A stretch of 64,000 nt of DNA from Laetmonice hystrix (taxonomy: Eukaryota): assembly GCA_965235115.1 (NCBI GenBank), contig OZ249436.1, forward strand, positions 51,958,001 through 52,022,000, read 5' to 3'. The notes beneath the pieces were generated by a model that worked only from the letters and a program-made list of their open reading frames with translations, searched no databases and was not told the origin of the DNA. The translations under genes and the position numbers were made by a program. Positions within the stretch are counted from its first letter, which is position 1; each line of letters begins with the position of its first letter. Positions 26,001-41,000 of this stretch are shown one piece after another.

Positions 26001-29000
26001 GGATGACACAGAGATGTTCCAGGCAGAAAACACCAGGGTGCAGTGAAGGGGCGGCGGCCGCTGCGACTGCACTGCTACCTTCCGGCTAGCGGTGGAACCA
26101 CCACCTTGCCGGGCTGGCAGGCACCTGTGGCTCTGAGGCGAGAGACAGGTTAAAGCAATGATAAGCGAAAAAAGGCTACATTTTTGATACGTCCAATCGA
26201 AACTACGCCCCCCATAATTATGATTCTTAGGCCAGATGTATGACTATCAAACGTATAGGTCTCATACGTTCGCTACAGATATATCTGGTTGTGATGTGTA
26301 GGCCAATGTACACTTCCCATTTGAGTATCTTTTCCAGATTTTAACATTAGATGCTCCTCGCCTGTAGCTTTCTTTTTCCACAACCTTACTGTAGTGTTTG
26401 CATGGCTACTACGCCAGTCTGTAAGATGTAGGGACTTCTCACTCTACTGGTTGGCCTCCTACACTGCTTGGCCCCACAGTGTACTGTTTCGCCTCACTGT
26501 AGTGTTCGCTTGGCTGCTAGGCCGGCCAGTATACCCTGTAGCGATTCCCCCTGTACTGTTTGGCCTCCCTGTACCGTTTGCTTGTATACAAGAGTAGCCA
26601 GTAGTATAGGGACGCCTCATGTTTCATGTTTCCATGCCTTTATTGTCTAGGAGGCAGGCCATACGTTTCGTCTATATCATCTACTCCAATCTAATCTGTG
26701 TCCCCTACAGACCATCTGTAAGCGTCCGACAACGTTGTCAGGTCGTCCCAATGACTGTTTGCCGTAAAGGTTTAGTTAAACAATGGCAAATGACGTTTTA
26801 CGCCTTTTCTATATCAGATATCCCATCTCCAAGTAACAAACAAACAAAGAAGGATGACACAGAGATGTTCCAGGCAGAAAACACCAGGGTGCAGTGAAGG
26901 GGCGGCGGCCGCTGCGACTGCACTGCTACCTTCCGGCTAGCGGTGGAACCACCACCTTGCCGGGCTGGCAGGCACCTGTGGCTCTGAGGCGAGAGACAGG
27001 TTAAAGCAATGATAAGCGAAAAAAGGCTACATTTTTGATACGTCCAATCGAAACTACGCCCCCCATAATTATGATTCTTAGGCCAGATGTATGACTATCA
27101 AACGTATAGGTCTCATACGTTCGCTACAGATATATCTGGTTGTGATGTGTAGGCCAATGTACACTTCCCATTTGAGTATCTTTTCCAGATTTTATTATTA
27201 GATGCTCCTCGCCTGTAGCTTTCTTTTTCCACAACCTTACTGTAGTGTTTGCATGGCTACTACGCCAGTCTGTAAGATGTAGGGACTTCTCACTCTACTG
27301 GTTGGCCTCCTACACTGCTTGGCCCCACAGTGTACTGTTTCGCCTCACTGTAGTGTTCGCTTGGCTGCTAGGCCGGCCAGTATACCCTGTAGCGATTCCC
27401 CCTGTACTGTTTGGCCTCCCTGTACCGTTTGCTTGTATACAAGAGTAGCCAGTAGTATAGGGACGCCTCATGTTTCATGTTTCCATGCCTTTATTGTCCA
27501 GGAGGCAGGCAATACGTTTCGTCTATATCATCTACTCCAATCTAATCTGTGTCCCCTACAGACCATCTGTAAGCGTCCGACAACGTTGTCAGGTCGTCCC
27601 AATGACTGTTTACCGTAAAGGGTTAGTTAACAATGGCAAATGACGTTTTACGCCTTTTCTATATCAGATATCCCATCTCCAAGTAACAAACAAACAAAGA
27701 AGGATGACACAGAGATGTTCCAGGCAGAAAACACCAGGGTGCAGTGAAGGGGCGGCGGCCGCTGCGACTGCACTGCTACCTTCCGGCTAGCGGTGGAACC
27801 ACCACCTTGCCGGGCTGGCAGGCACCTGTGGCTCTGAGGCGAGAGACAGGTTAAAGCAATGATAAGCGAAAAAAGGCTACATTTTTGATACGTCCAATCG
27901 AAACTACGCCCCCCATAATTATGATTCTTAGGCCAGATGTATGACTATCAAACGTATAGGTCTCATACGTTCGCTACAGATATATCTGGTTGTGATGTGT
28001 AGGCCAATGTACACTTCCCATTTGAGTATCTTTTCCAGATTTTAACATTAGATGCTCCTCGCCTGTAGCTTTCTTTTTCCACAACCTTACTGTAGTGTTT
28101 GCATGGCTACTACGCCAGTCTGTAAGATGTAGGGACTTCTCACTCTACTGGTTGGCCTCCTACACTGCTTGGCCCCACAGTGTACTGTTTCGCCTCACTG
28201 TAGTGTTCGCTTGGCTGCTAGGCCGGCCAGTATACCCTGTAGCGATTCCCCCTGTACTGTTTGGCCTCCCTGTACCGTTTGCTTGTATACAAGAGTAGCC
28301 AGTAGTATAGGGACGCCTCATGTTTCATGTTTCCATGCCTTTATTGTCTAGGAGGCAGGCCATACGTTTCGTCTATATCATCTACTCCAATCTAATCTGT
28401 GTCCCCTACAGACCATCTGTAAGCGTCCGACAACGTTGTCAGGTCGTCCCAATGACTGTTTGCCGTAAAGGTTTAGTTAAACAATGGCAAATGACGTTTT
28501 ACGCCTTTTCTATATCAGATATCCCATCTCCAAGTAACAAACAAACAAAGAAGGATGACACAGAGATGTTCCAGGCAGAAAACACCAGGGTGCAGTGAAG
28601 GGGCGGCGGCCGCTGCGACTGCACTGCTACCTTCCGGCTAGCGGTGGAACCACCACCTTGCCGGGCTGGCAGGCACCTGTGGCTCTGAGGCGAGAGACAG
28701 GTTAAAGCAATGATAAGCGAAAAAAGGCTACATTTTTGATACGTCCAATCGAAACTACGCCCCCCATAATTATGATTCTTAGGCCAGATGTATGACTATC
28801 AAACGTATAGGTCTCATACGTTCGCTACAGATATATCTGGTTGTGATGTGTAGGCCAATGTACACTTCCCATTTGAGTATCTTTTCCAGATTTTATTATT
28901 AGATGCTCCTCGCCTGTAGCTTTCTTTTTCCACAACCTTACTGTAGTGTTTGCATGGCTACTACGCCAGTCTGTAAGATGTAGGGACTTCTCACTCTACT

Positions 29001-32000
29001 GGTTGGCCTCCTACACTGCTTGGCCCCACAGTGTACTGTTTCGCCTCACTGTAGTGTTCGCTTGGCTGCTAGGCCGGCCAGTATACCCTGTAGCGATTCC
29101 CCCTGTACTGTTTGGCCTCCCTGTACCGTTTGCTTGCATACAAGAGTAGCCAGTAGTATAGGGACGCCTCATGTTTCATGTTTCCATGCCTTTATTGTCC
29201 AGGAGGCAGGCAATACGTTTCGTCTATATCATCTACTCCAATCTAATCTGTGTCCCCTACAGACCATCTGTAAGCGTCCGACAACGTTGTCAGGTCGTCC
29301 CAATGACTGTTTGCCGTAAAGGGTTAGTTAACAATGGCAAATGACGTTTTACGCCTTTTCTATATCAGATATCCCATCTCCAAGTAACAAACAAACAAAG
29401 AAGGATGACACAGAGATGTTCCAGCAGAAAACACCAGGGTGCAGTGAAGGGGCGGCGGCCGCTGCGACTGCACTGCTACCTTCCGGCTAGCGGTGGAACC
29501 ACCACCTTGCCGGGCTGGCAGGCACCTGTGGCTCTGAGGCGAGAGACAGGTTAAAGCAATGATAAGCGAAAAAAGGCTACATTTTTGATACGTCCAATCG
29601 AAACTACGCCCCCCATAATTATGATTCTTAGGCCAGATGTATGACTATCAAACGTATAGGTCTCGTACGTTCGCTACAGATATATCTGGTTGTGATGTGT
29701 AGGCCAATGTACACTTCCCATATTTGAGTATCTGTTCCACATTTTAACATTAGATGCTCCTCGCCTGTAGCTTTTTTTTCCCACAACCTTACTGTAGTGT
29801 TTGCATGGCTACTACGCCAGTCTGTAAGATGTAGGGACTTCTCACTCTACTGGTTGGCCTCCTACACTGCTTGGCCCCACAGTGTACTGTTTGGCCTCAC
29901 TGTAGTGTTCGCTTGGCTGCTAGGCCGGCCAGTATACCCTGTAGCGATTCCCCCTGTACTGTTTGGCCTCCCTGTACCGTTTGCTTGTATACAAGAGTAG
30001 CCAGTAGTATAGGGACGCCTCATGTTTCATGTTTCCATGACTTTATTGTCCAGGAGGCAGGCCATACGTTTCGTCTATATCATCTACTCCAATCTAATCC
30101 GTGTCCCCTACAGACCATCTGTAAGCGTCCGACAACGTTGTCAGGTCGTCCCAATGACGGTTTGCCGTAAAGGGTTAGTTAACAATGGCAAATGACGTTT
30201 TACGCCTTTTCTATATCAGATATCCCATCTCCAAGTAACAAACAAACAAAGAAGGATGACACAGAGATGTTCCAGCAGAAAACACCAGGGTGCAGTGAAG
30301 GGGCGGCGGCCGCTGCGACTGCACTGCTACCTTCCGGCTAGCGGTGGAACCACCACCTGGCCGGGCTGGCAGGCACCTGTGGCTCTGAGGCGAGAGACAG
30401 GTTAAAGCAATGATAAGCGAAAAAAGGCTACATTTTTGATACGTCCAATCGAAACTACGTCCCCATATTTATGATTCTTTGGCCAGATGTATGACTATCA
30501 AACGTATAGGTCTCGTACGTTCGCTACAGATATATCTGCTTGTGATGTGTAGGCCAATGTACACTTCCCATTTGAGTATCTTTTCCAGATTTTAACATTA
30601 GATGCTCCTCGCCTGTAGCTTTCTTTTTCCATAACCTCACTGTAGTGTTTGCATGGCTACTACGCCAGTCTGTAAGATGTAGGGACTTTTCACTCTACTG
30701 GTTGGCCTCCTACACTGCTTGGCCCCACAGTGTACTGTTTGGCCTCACTGTAGTGTTCGCTTGGCTGCTAGGCCGGCCAGTATACCCTGTAGCGATTCCC
30801 CCTGTACTTTTTGACCTCCCTGTACCGTTTGCTTGTATACAAGAGTAGCCAGTAGTATAGGGACGCCTCATGTTTCATGTTTCCATGCCTTTATTGTCTA
30901 GGAGGCAGGCCATACGTTTCGTCTATATCATCTACTCCAATCTAATCTGTGTCCCCTACAGACCATCTGTAAGCGTCCGACAACGTTGTCAGGTCGTCCC
31001 AATGACTGTTTGCCGTAAAGGTTTAGTTAAACAATGGCAAATGACGTTTTACGCCTTTTCTATATCAGATATCCCATCTCCAAGTAACAAACAAACAAAG
31101 AAGGATGACACAGAGATGTTCCAGGCAGAAAACACCAGGGTGCAGTGAAGGGGCGGCGGCCGCTGCGACTGCACTGCTACCTTCCGGCTAGCGGTGGAAC
31201 CACCACCTTGCCGGGCTGGCAGGCACCTGTGGCTCTGAGGCGAGAGACAGGTTAAAGCAATGATAAGCGAAAAAAGGCTACATTTTTGATACGTCCAATC
31301 GAAACTACGCCCCCCATAATTATGATTCTTAGGCCAGATGTATGACTATCAAACGTATAGGTCTCATACGTTCGCTACAGATATATCTGGTTGTGATGTG
31401 TAGGCCAATGTACACTTCCCATTTGAGTATCTTTTCCAGATTTTATTATTAGATGCTCCTCGCCTGTAGCTTTCTTTTTCCACAACCTTACTGTAGTGTT
31501 TGCATGGCTACTACGCCAGTCTGTAAGATGTAGGGACTTCTCACTCTACTGGTTGGCCTCCTACACTGCTTGGCCCCACAGTGTACTGTTTCGCCTCACT
31601 GTAGTGTTCGCTTGGCTGCTAGGCCGGCCAGTATACCCTGTAGCGATTCCCCCTGTACTGTTTGGCCTCCCTGTACCGTTTGCTTGTATACAAGAGTAGC
31701 CAGTAGTATAGGGACGCCTCATGTTTCATGTTTCCATGCCTTTATTGTCCAGGAGGCAGGCAATACGTTTCGTCTATATCATCTACTCCAATCTAATCTG
31801 TGTCCCCTACAGACCATCTGTAAGCGTCCGACAACGTTGTCAGGTCGTCCCAATGACTGTTTGCCGTAAAGGGTTAGTTAACAATGGCAAATGACGTTTT
31901 ACGCCTTTTCTATATCAGATATCCCATCTCCAAGTAACAAACAAACAAAGAAGGATGACACAGAGATGTTCCAGCAGAAAACACCAGGGTGCAGTGAAGG

Positions 32001-35000
32001 GGCGGCGGCCGCTGCGACTGCACTGCTACCTTCCGGCTAGCGGTGGAACCACCACCTTGCCGGGCTGGCAGGCACCTGTGGCTCTGAGGCGAGAGACAGG
32101 TTAAAGCAATGATAAGCGAAAAAAGGCTACATTTTTGATACGTCCAATCGAAACTACGCCCCCCATAATTATGATTCTTAGGCCAGATGTATGACTATCA
32201 AACGTATAGGTCTCGTACGTTCGCTACAGATATATCTGGTTGTGATGTGTAGGCCAATGTACACTTCCCATATTTGAGTATCTTTTCCACATTTTAACAT
32301 TAGATGCTCCTCGCCTGTAGCTTTTTTTTCCCACAACCTTACTGTAGTGTTTGCATGGCTACTACGCCAGTCTGTAAGATGTAGGGACTTCTCACTCTAC
32401 TGGTTGGCCTCCTACACTGCTTGGCCCCACAGTGTACTGTTTGGCCTCACTGTAGTGTTCGCTTGGCTGCTAGGCCGGCCAGTATACCCTGTAGCGATTC
32501 CCCCTGTACTGTTTGGCCTCCCTGTACCGTTTGCTTGTATACAAGAGTAGCCAGTAGTATAGGGACGCCTCATGTTTCATGTTTCCATGACTTTATTGTC
32601 CAGGAGGCAGGCCATACGTTTCGTCTATATCATCTACTCCAATCTAATCCGTGTCCCCTACAGACCATCTGTAAGCGTCCGACAACGTTGTCAGGTCGTC
32701 CCAATGACGGTTTGCCGTAAAGGGTTAGTTAACAATGGCAAATGACGTTTTACGCCTTTTCTATATCAGATATCCCATCTCCAAGTAACAAACAAACAAA
32801 GAAGGATGACACAGAGATGTTCCAGCAGAAAACACCAGGGTGCAGTGAAGGGGCGGCGGCCGCTGCGACTGCACTGCTACCTTCCGGCTAGCGGTGGAAC
32901 CACCACCTGGCCGGGCTGGCAGGCACCTGTGGCTCTGAGGCGAGAGACAGGTTAAAACAATGATAAGCGAAAAAAGGCTACATTTTTGATACGTCCAATC
33001 GAAACTACGCCCCCCATAATTATGATTCTTAGGCCAGATGTATGACTATCAAACGTATAGGTCTCGTACGTTCGCTACAGATATATCTGGTTGTGATGTG
33101 TAGGCCAATGTACACTTCCCATTTGAGTATCTTTTCCACATTTTAACATTAGATGCTCCTCGCCTGTAGCTTTCTTTTTCCACAACCTCACTTTAGTGTT
33201 TACATGGCTACTACGCCAGTCTGTAAGATGTAGGGACTTCTCACTCTACTGGTTGGCCTCCTACACGGCTTGGCCCCACAGTGTACTGTTTGGCCTCACT
33301 GTAGTGTTCGCTTGGCTGTTGGGCCGGCCAGTATACCCTGTAGCGATTCCCCCTGTACTGTTTGGCCTCCCTGTACCGTTTGCTTGTATACAAGAGTAGC
33401 CAGTAGTATAGGGACGCCTCATGTTTCATGTTTCCATGCCTTTATTGTCCAGGAGGCAGGCCATACGTTTCGTCTATATCATCTACTCCAATCTAATCTG
33501 TGTCCCCTACAGACCATCTGTAAGCGTCCGACAACGTTGTCAGGTCGTCACAATGACTGTTTGCCGTAAAGGTTTAGTTACCAATGGCAAATGACGTTTT
33601 ACGCCTTTGCTATATCAGATATCCCATCCCCAAGTAACAAACAAACAAAGAAGGATGACACAGAGATGTTCCAGGCAGAAAACACCAGGGTGCAGTGAAG
33701 GGGCGGCGGCCGCTGCGACTGCACTGCTACCTTCCGGCTAGCGGTGGAACCACCACCTGGCCGGGCTGGCAGGCACCTGTGGCTCTGAGGCGAGAGACAG
33801 GTTAAAGCAATGATAAGCGAAGAAAGGCTACATTTTTGATACGTCCAATCGAAACTACGCCCCCCCCCCATAATTATGATTCTTAGGCCAGATGTATGAC
33901 TATCAAACGTATAGGTCTCGTACGTTCGCTACAGATATATCTGGTTGTGATGTGTAGGCCAATGTACACTTCCCATATTTGAGTATCTTTTCCAGATTTT
34001 AACATTAGATGCTCCTCGCCTGTAGCTTTTTTTTTCCACAACCTTACTGTAGTGTTTGCATGGCTACTACGCCAGTCTGTAAGATGTAGGGACTTCTCAC
34101 TGTACTGGTTGGCCTCCTACACTGCTTGGCCCCACAGTGTACTGTTTGGCCTCACTGTAGTGTTCGCTTGGCTGCTAGGCCGGCCAGTATACCCTGTAGC
34201 GATTCCCCCTGTACTGTTTGGCCTCCCTGTACCGTTTGCTTGTATACAAGAGTAGCCAGTAGTATAGGGACGCCTCATGTTTCATGTTTCCATGACTTTA
34301 TTGTCCAGGAGGCAGGCCATACGTTTCGTCTATATCATCTACTCCAATCTAATCTGTGTCCCCTACAGACCATCTGTCAGCGTCCGACAACGTTGTCAGG
34401 TCGTCCCAATGACTGTTTGCCGTAAAGGGTTAGTTAACAATGGCAAATGACGTTTTACGCCTTTTCTATATCAGATATCCCATCTCCAAGTAACAAACAA
34501 ACAAAGAAGGATGACACAGAGATGTTCCAGCAGAAAACACCAGGGTGCAGTGAAGGGGCGGCGGCCGCTGCGACTGCACTGCTACCTTCCGGCTAGCGGT
34601 GGAACCACCACCTGGCCGGGCTGGCAGGCACCTGTGGCTCTGAGGCGAGAGACAGGTTAAAACAATGATAAGCGAAAAAAGGCTACATTTTTGATACGTC
34701 CAATCGAAACTACGCCCCCCATAATTATGATTCTTAGGCCAGATGTATGACTATCAAACGTATAGGTCTCGTACGTTCGCTACAGATATATCTGGTTGTG
34801 ATGTGTAGGCCAATGTACACTTCCCATTTGAGTATCTTTTCCAGATTTTAACATTAGATGCTCCTCGCCTGTAGCTTTCTTTTTCCACAACCTCACTTTA
34901 GTGTTTGCATGGCTACTACGCCAGTCTGTAAGATGTAGGGACTTCTCACTCTACTGGTTGGCCTCCTACACGGCTTGGCCCCACAGTGTACTGTTTGGCC

Positions 35001-38000
35001 TCACTGTAGTGTTCGCTTGGCTGTTGGGCCGGCCAGTATACCCTGTAGCGATTCCCCCTGTACTGTTTGGCCTCCCTGTACCGTTTGCTTGTATACAAGA
35101 GTAGCCAGTAGCATAGGGACGCCTCATGTTTCATGTTTCCATGCCTTTATTGTCCAGGAGGCAGGCCATACGTTTCGTCTATATCATCTACTCCAATCTA
35201 ATCTGTGTCCCCTACAGACCATCTGTAAGCGTCCGACAACGTTGTCAGGTCGTCCCAATGACTGTTTGCCGTAAAGGGTTAGTTAACAATGGCAAATGAC
35301 GTTTTACGCCTTTTCTATATCAGATATCCCATCTCCAAGTAACAAACAAACAAAGAAGGATGACACAGAGATGTTCCAGCAGAAAACACCAGGGTGCAGT
35401 GAAGGGGCGGCGGCCGCTGCGACTGCACTGCTACCTTCCGGCTAGCGGTGGAACCACCACCTGGCCGGGCTGGCAGGCACCTGTGGCTCTGAGGCGAGAG
35501 ACAGGTTAAAGCAATGATAAGCGAAAAAAGGCTACATTTTTGATACGTCCAATCGAAACTACGTCCCCATATTTATGATTCTTTGGCCAGATGTATGACT
35601 ATCAAACGTATAGGTCTCGTACGTTCGCTACAGATATATCTGCTTGTGATGTGTAGGCCAATGTACACTTCCCATTTGAGTATCTTTTCCAGATTTTAAC
35701 ATTAGATGCTCCTCGCCTGTAGCTTTCTTTTTCCATAACCTCACTGTAGTGTTTGCATGGCTACTACGCCAGTCTGTAAGATGTAGGGACTTTTCACTCT
35801 ACTGGTTGGCCTCCTACACTGCTTGGCCCCACAGTGTACTGTTTGGCCTCACTGTAGTGTTCGCTTGGCTGCTAGGCCGGCCAGTATACCCTGTAGCGAT
35901 TCCCCCTGTACTTTTTGACCTCCCTGTACCGTTTGCTTGTATACAAGAGTAGCCAGTAGTATAGGGACGCCTCATGTTTCATGTTTCCATGCCTTTATTG
36001 TCTAGGAGGCAGGCCATACGTTTCGTCTATATCATCTACTCCAATCTAATCTGTGTCCCCTACAGACCATCTGTAAGCGTCCGACAACGTTGTCAGGTCG
36101 TCCCAATGACTGTTTGCCGTAAAGGTTTAGTTAAACAATGGCAAATGACGTTTTACGCCTTTTCTATATCAGATATCCCATCTCCAAGTAACAAACAAAC
36201 AAAGAAGGATGACACAGAGATGTTCCAGGCAGAAAACACCAGGGTGCAGTGAAGGGGCGGCGGCCGCTGCGACTGCACTGCTACCTTCCGGCTAGCGGTG
36301 GAACCACCACCTTGCCGGGCTGGCAGGCACCTGTGGCTCTGAGGCGAGAGACAGGTTAAAGCAATGATAAGCGAAAAAAGGCTACATTTTTGATACGTCC
36401 AATCGAAACTACGCCCCCCATAATTATGATTCTTAGGCCAGATGTATGACTATCAAACGTATAGGTCTCATACGTTCGCTACAGATATATCTGCTTGTGA
36501 TGTGTAGGCCAATGTACACTTCCCATTTGAGTATCTTTTCCAGATTTTAACATTAGATGCTCCTCGCCTGTAGCTTTCTTTTTCCATAACCTCACTGTAG
36601 TGTTTGCATGGCTACTACGCCAGTCTGTAAGATGTAGGGACTTTTCACTCTACTGGTTGGCCTCCTACACTGCTTGGCCCCACAGTGTACTGTTTGGCCT
36701 CACTGTAGTGTTCGCTTGGCTGCTAGGCCGGCCAGTATACCCTGTAGCAATTCCCCCTGTACTTTTTGACCTCCCTGTACCGTTTGCTTGTATACAAGAG
36801 TAGCCAGTAGTATAGGGACGCCTCATGTTTCATGTTTCCATGCCTTTATTGTCTAGGAGGCAGGCCATACGTTTCGTCTATATCATCTACTCCAATCTAA
36901 TCTGTGTCCCCTACAGACCATCTGTAAGCGTCCGACAACGTTGTCAGGTCGTCCCAATGACTGTTTGCCGTAAAGGGTTAGTTAACAATGGCAAATGACG
37001 TTTTACGCCTTTTCTATATCAGATATCCCATCTCCAAGTAACAAACAAACAAAGAAGGATGACACAGAGATGTTCCAGCAGAAAACACCAGGGTGCAGTG
37101 AAGGGGCGGCGGCCGCTGCGACTGCACTGCTACCTTCCGGCTAGCGGTGGAACCACCACCTGGCCGGGCTGGCAGGCACCTGTGGCTCTGAGGCGAGAGA
37201 CAGGTTAAAGCAATGATAAGCGAAAAAAGGCTACATTTTTGATACGTCCAATCGAAACTACGTCCCCATATTTATGATTCTTTGGCCAGATGTATGACTA
37301 TCAAACGTATAGGTCTCGTACGTTCGCTACAGATATATCTGCTTGTGATGTGTAGGCCAATGTACACTTCCCATTTGAGTATCTTTTCCAGATTTTAACA
37401 TTAGATGCTCCTCGCCTGTAGCTTTCTTTTTCCATAACCTCACTGTAGTGTTTGCATGGCTACTACGCCAGTCTGTAAGATGTAGGGACTTTTCACTCTA
37501 CTGGTTGGCCTCCTACACTGCTTGGCCCCACAGTGTACTGTTTGGCCTCACTGTAGTGTTCGCTTGGCTGCTAGGCCGGCCAGTATACCCTGTAGCGATT
37601 CCCCCTGTACTTTTTGACCTCCCTGTACCGTTTGCTTGTATACAAGAGTAGCCAGTAGTATAGGGACGCCTCATGTTTCATGTTTCCATGCCTTTATTGT
37701 CTAGGAGGCAGGCCATACGTTTCGTCTATATCATCTACTCCAATCTAATCTGTGTCCCCTACAGACCATCTGTAAGCGTCCGACAACGTTGTCAGGTCGT
37801 CCCAATGACTGTTTGCCGTAAAGGTTTAGTTAAACAATGGCAAATGACGTTTTACGCCTTTTCTATATCAGATATCCCATCTCCAAGTAACAAACAAACA
37901 AAGAAGGATGACACAGAGATGTTCCAGGCAGAAAACACCAGGGTGCAGTGAAGGGGCGGCGGCCGCTGCGACTGCACTGCTACCTTCCGGCTAGCGGTGG

Positions 38001-41000
38001 AACCACCACCTTGCCGGGCTGGCAGGCACCTGTGGCTCTGAGGCGAGAGACAGGTTAAAGCAATGATAAGCGAAAAAAGGCTACATTTTTGATACGTCCA
38101 ATCGAAACTACGCCCCCCATAATTATGATTCTTAGGCCAGATGTATGACTATCAAACGTATAGGTCTCATACGTTCGCTACAGATATATCTGCTTGTGAT
38201 GTGTAGGCCAATGTACACTTCCCATTTGAGTATCTTTTCCAGATTTTAACATTAGATGCTCCTCGCCTGTAGCTTTCTTTTTCCATAACCTCACTGTAGT
38301 GTTTGCATGGCTACTACGCCAGTCTGTAAGATGTAGGGACTTTTCACTCTACTGGTTGGCCTCCTACACTGCTTGGCCCCACAGTGTACTGTTTGGCCTC
38401 ACTGTAGTGTTCGCTTGGCTGCTAGGCCGGCCAGTATACCCTGTAGCAATTCCCCCTGTACTTTTTGACCTCCCTGTACCGTTTGCTTGTATACAAGAGT
38501 AGCCAGTAGTATAGGGACGCCTCATGTTTCATGTTTCCATGCCTTTATTGTCTAGGAGGCAGGCCATACGTTTCGTCTATATCATCTACTCCAATCTAAT
38601 CTGTGTCCCCTACAGACCATCTGTAAGCGTCCGACAACGTTGTCAGGTCGTCCCAATGACTGTTTGCCGTAAAGGGTTAGTTAACAATGGCAAATGACGT
38701 TTTACGCCTTTTCTATATCAGATATCCCATCTCCAAGTAACAAACAAACAAAGAAGGATGACACAGAGATGTTCCAGCAGAAAACACCAGGGTGCAGTGA
38801 AGGGGCGGCGGCCGCTGCGACTGCACTGCTACCTTCCGGCTAGCGGTGGAACCACCACCTGGCCGGGCTGGCAGGCACCTGTGGCTCTGAGGCGAGAGAC
38901 AGGTTAAAGCAATGATAAGCGAAAAAAGGCTACATTTTTGATACGTCCAATCGAAACTACGTCCCCATATTTATGATTCTTTGGCCAGATGTATGACTAT
39001 CAAACGTATAGGTCTCGTACGTTCGCTACAGATATATCTGCTTGTGATGTGTAGGCCAATGTACACTTCCCATTTGAATATCTTTTCCAGATTTTAACAT
39101 TAGATGCTCCTCGCCTGTAGCTTTCTTTTTCCATAACCTCACTGTAGTGTTTGCATGGCTACTACGCCAGTCTGTAAGATGTAGGGACTTTTCACTCTAC
39201 TGGTTGGCCTCCTACACTGCTTGGCCCCACAGTGTACTGTTTGGCCTCACTGTAGTGTTCGCTTGGCTGCTAGGCCGGCCAGTATACCCTGTAGCGATGC
39301 CCCCTGTACTTTTTGACCTCCCTGTACCGTTTGCTTGTATACAAGAGTAGCCAGTAGTATAGGGACGCCTCATGTTTCATGTTTCCATGCCTTTATTGTC
39401 TAGGAGGCAGGCCATACGTTTCGTCTATATCATCTACTCCAATCTAATCTGTGTCCCCTACAGACCATCTGTAAGCGTCCGACAACGTTGTCAGGTCGTC
39501 CCAATGACTGTTTGCCGTAAAGGTTTAGTTAAACAATGGCAAATGACGTTTTACGCCTTTTCTATATCAGATATCCCATCTCCAAGTAACAAACAAACAA
39601 AGAAGGATGACACAGAGATGTTCCAGGCAGAAAACACCAGGGTGCAGTGAAGGGGCGGCGGCCGCTGCGACTGCACTGCTACCTTCCGGCTAGCGGTGGA
39701 ACCACCACCTTGCCGGGCTGGCAGGCACCTGTGGCTCTGAGGCGAGAGACAGGTTAAAGCAATGATAAGCGAAAAAAGGCTACATTTTTGATACGTCCAA
39801 TCGAAACTACGCCCCCCATAATTATGATTCTTAGGCCAGATGTATGACTATCAAACGTATAGGTCTCATACGTTCGCTACAGATATATCTGGTTGTGATG
39901 TGTAGGCCAATGTACACTTCCCATTTGAGTATCTTTTCCAGATTTTAACATTAGATGCTCCTCGCCTGTAGCTTTCTTTTTCCACAACCTTACTGTAGTG
40001 TTTGCATGGCTACTACGCCAGTCTGTAAGATGTAGGGACTTCTCACTCTACTGGTTGGCCTCCTACACTGCTTGGCCCCACAGTGTACTGTTTCGCCTCA
40101 CTGTAGTGTTCGCTTGGCTGCTAGGCCGGCCAGTATACCCTGTAGCGATTCCCCCTGTACTGTTTGGCCTCCCTGTACCGTTTGCTTGTATACAAGAGTA
40201 GCCAGTAGTATAGGGACGCCTCATGTTTCATGTTTCCATGCCTTTATTGTCTAGGAGGCAGGCCATACGTTTCGTCTATATCATCTACTCCAATCTAATC
40301 TGTGTCCCCTACAGACCATCTGTAAGCGTCCGACAACGTTGTCAGGTCGTCCCAATGACTGTTTGCCGTAAAGGTTTAGTTAAACAATGGCAAATGACGT
40401 TTTACGCCTTTTCTATATCAGATATCCCATCTCCAAGTAACAAACAAACAAAGAAGGATGACACAGAGATGTTCCAGGCAGAAAACACCAGGGTGCAGTG
40501 AAGGGGCGGCGGCCGCTGCGACTGCACTGCTACCTTCCGGCTAGCGATGGAACCACCACCTTGCCGGGCTGGCAGGCACCTGTGGCTCTGAGGCGAGAGA
40601 CAGGTTAAAGCAATGATAAGCGAAAAAAGGCTACATTTTTGATACGTCCAATCGAAACTACGCCCCCCATAATTATGATTCTTAGGCCAGATGTATGACT
40701 ATCAAACGTATAGGTCTCATACGTTCGCTACAGATATATCTGGTTGTGATGTGTAGGCCAATGTACACTTCCCATTTGAGTATCTTTTCCAGATTTTATT
40801 ATTAGATGCTCCTCGCCTGTAGCTTTCTTTTTCCACAACCTTACTGTAGTGTTTGCATGGCTACTACGCCAGTCTGTAAGATGTAGGGACTTCTCACTCT
40901 ACTGGTTGGCCTCCTACACTGCTTGGCCCCACAGTGTACTGTTTCGCCTCACTGTAGTGTTCGCTTGGCTGCTAGGCCGGCCAGTATATCCTGTAGCGAT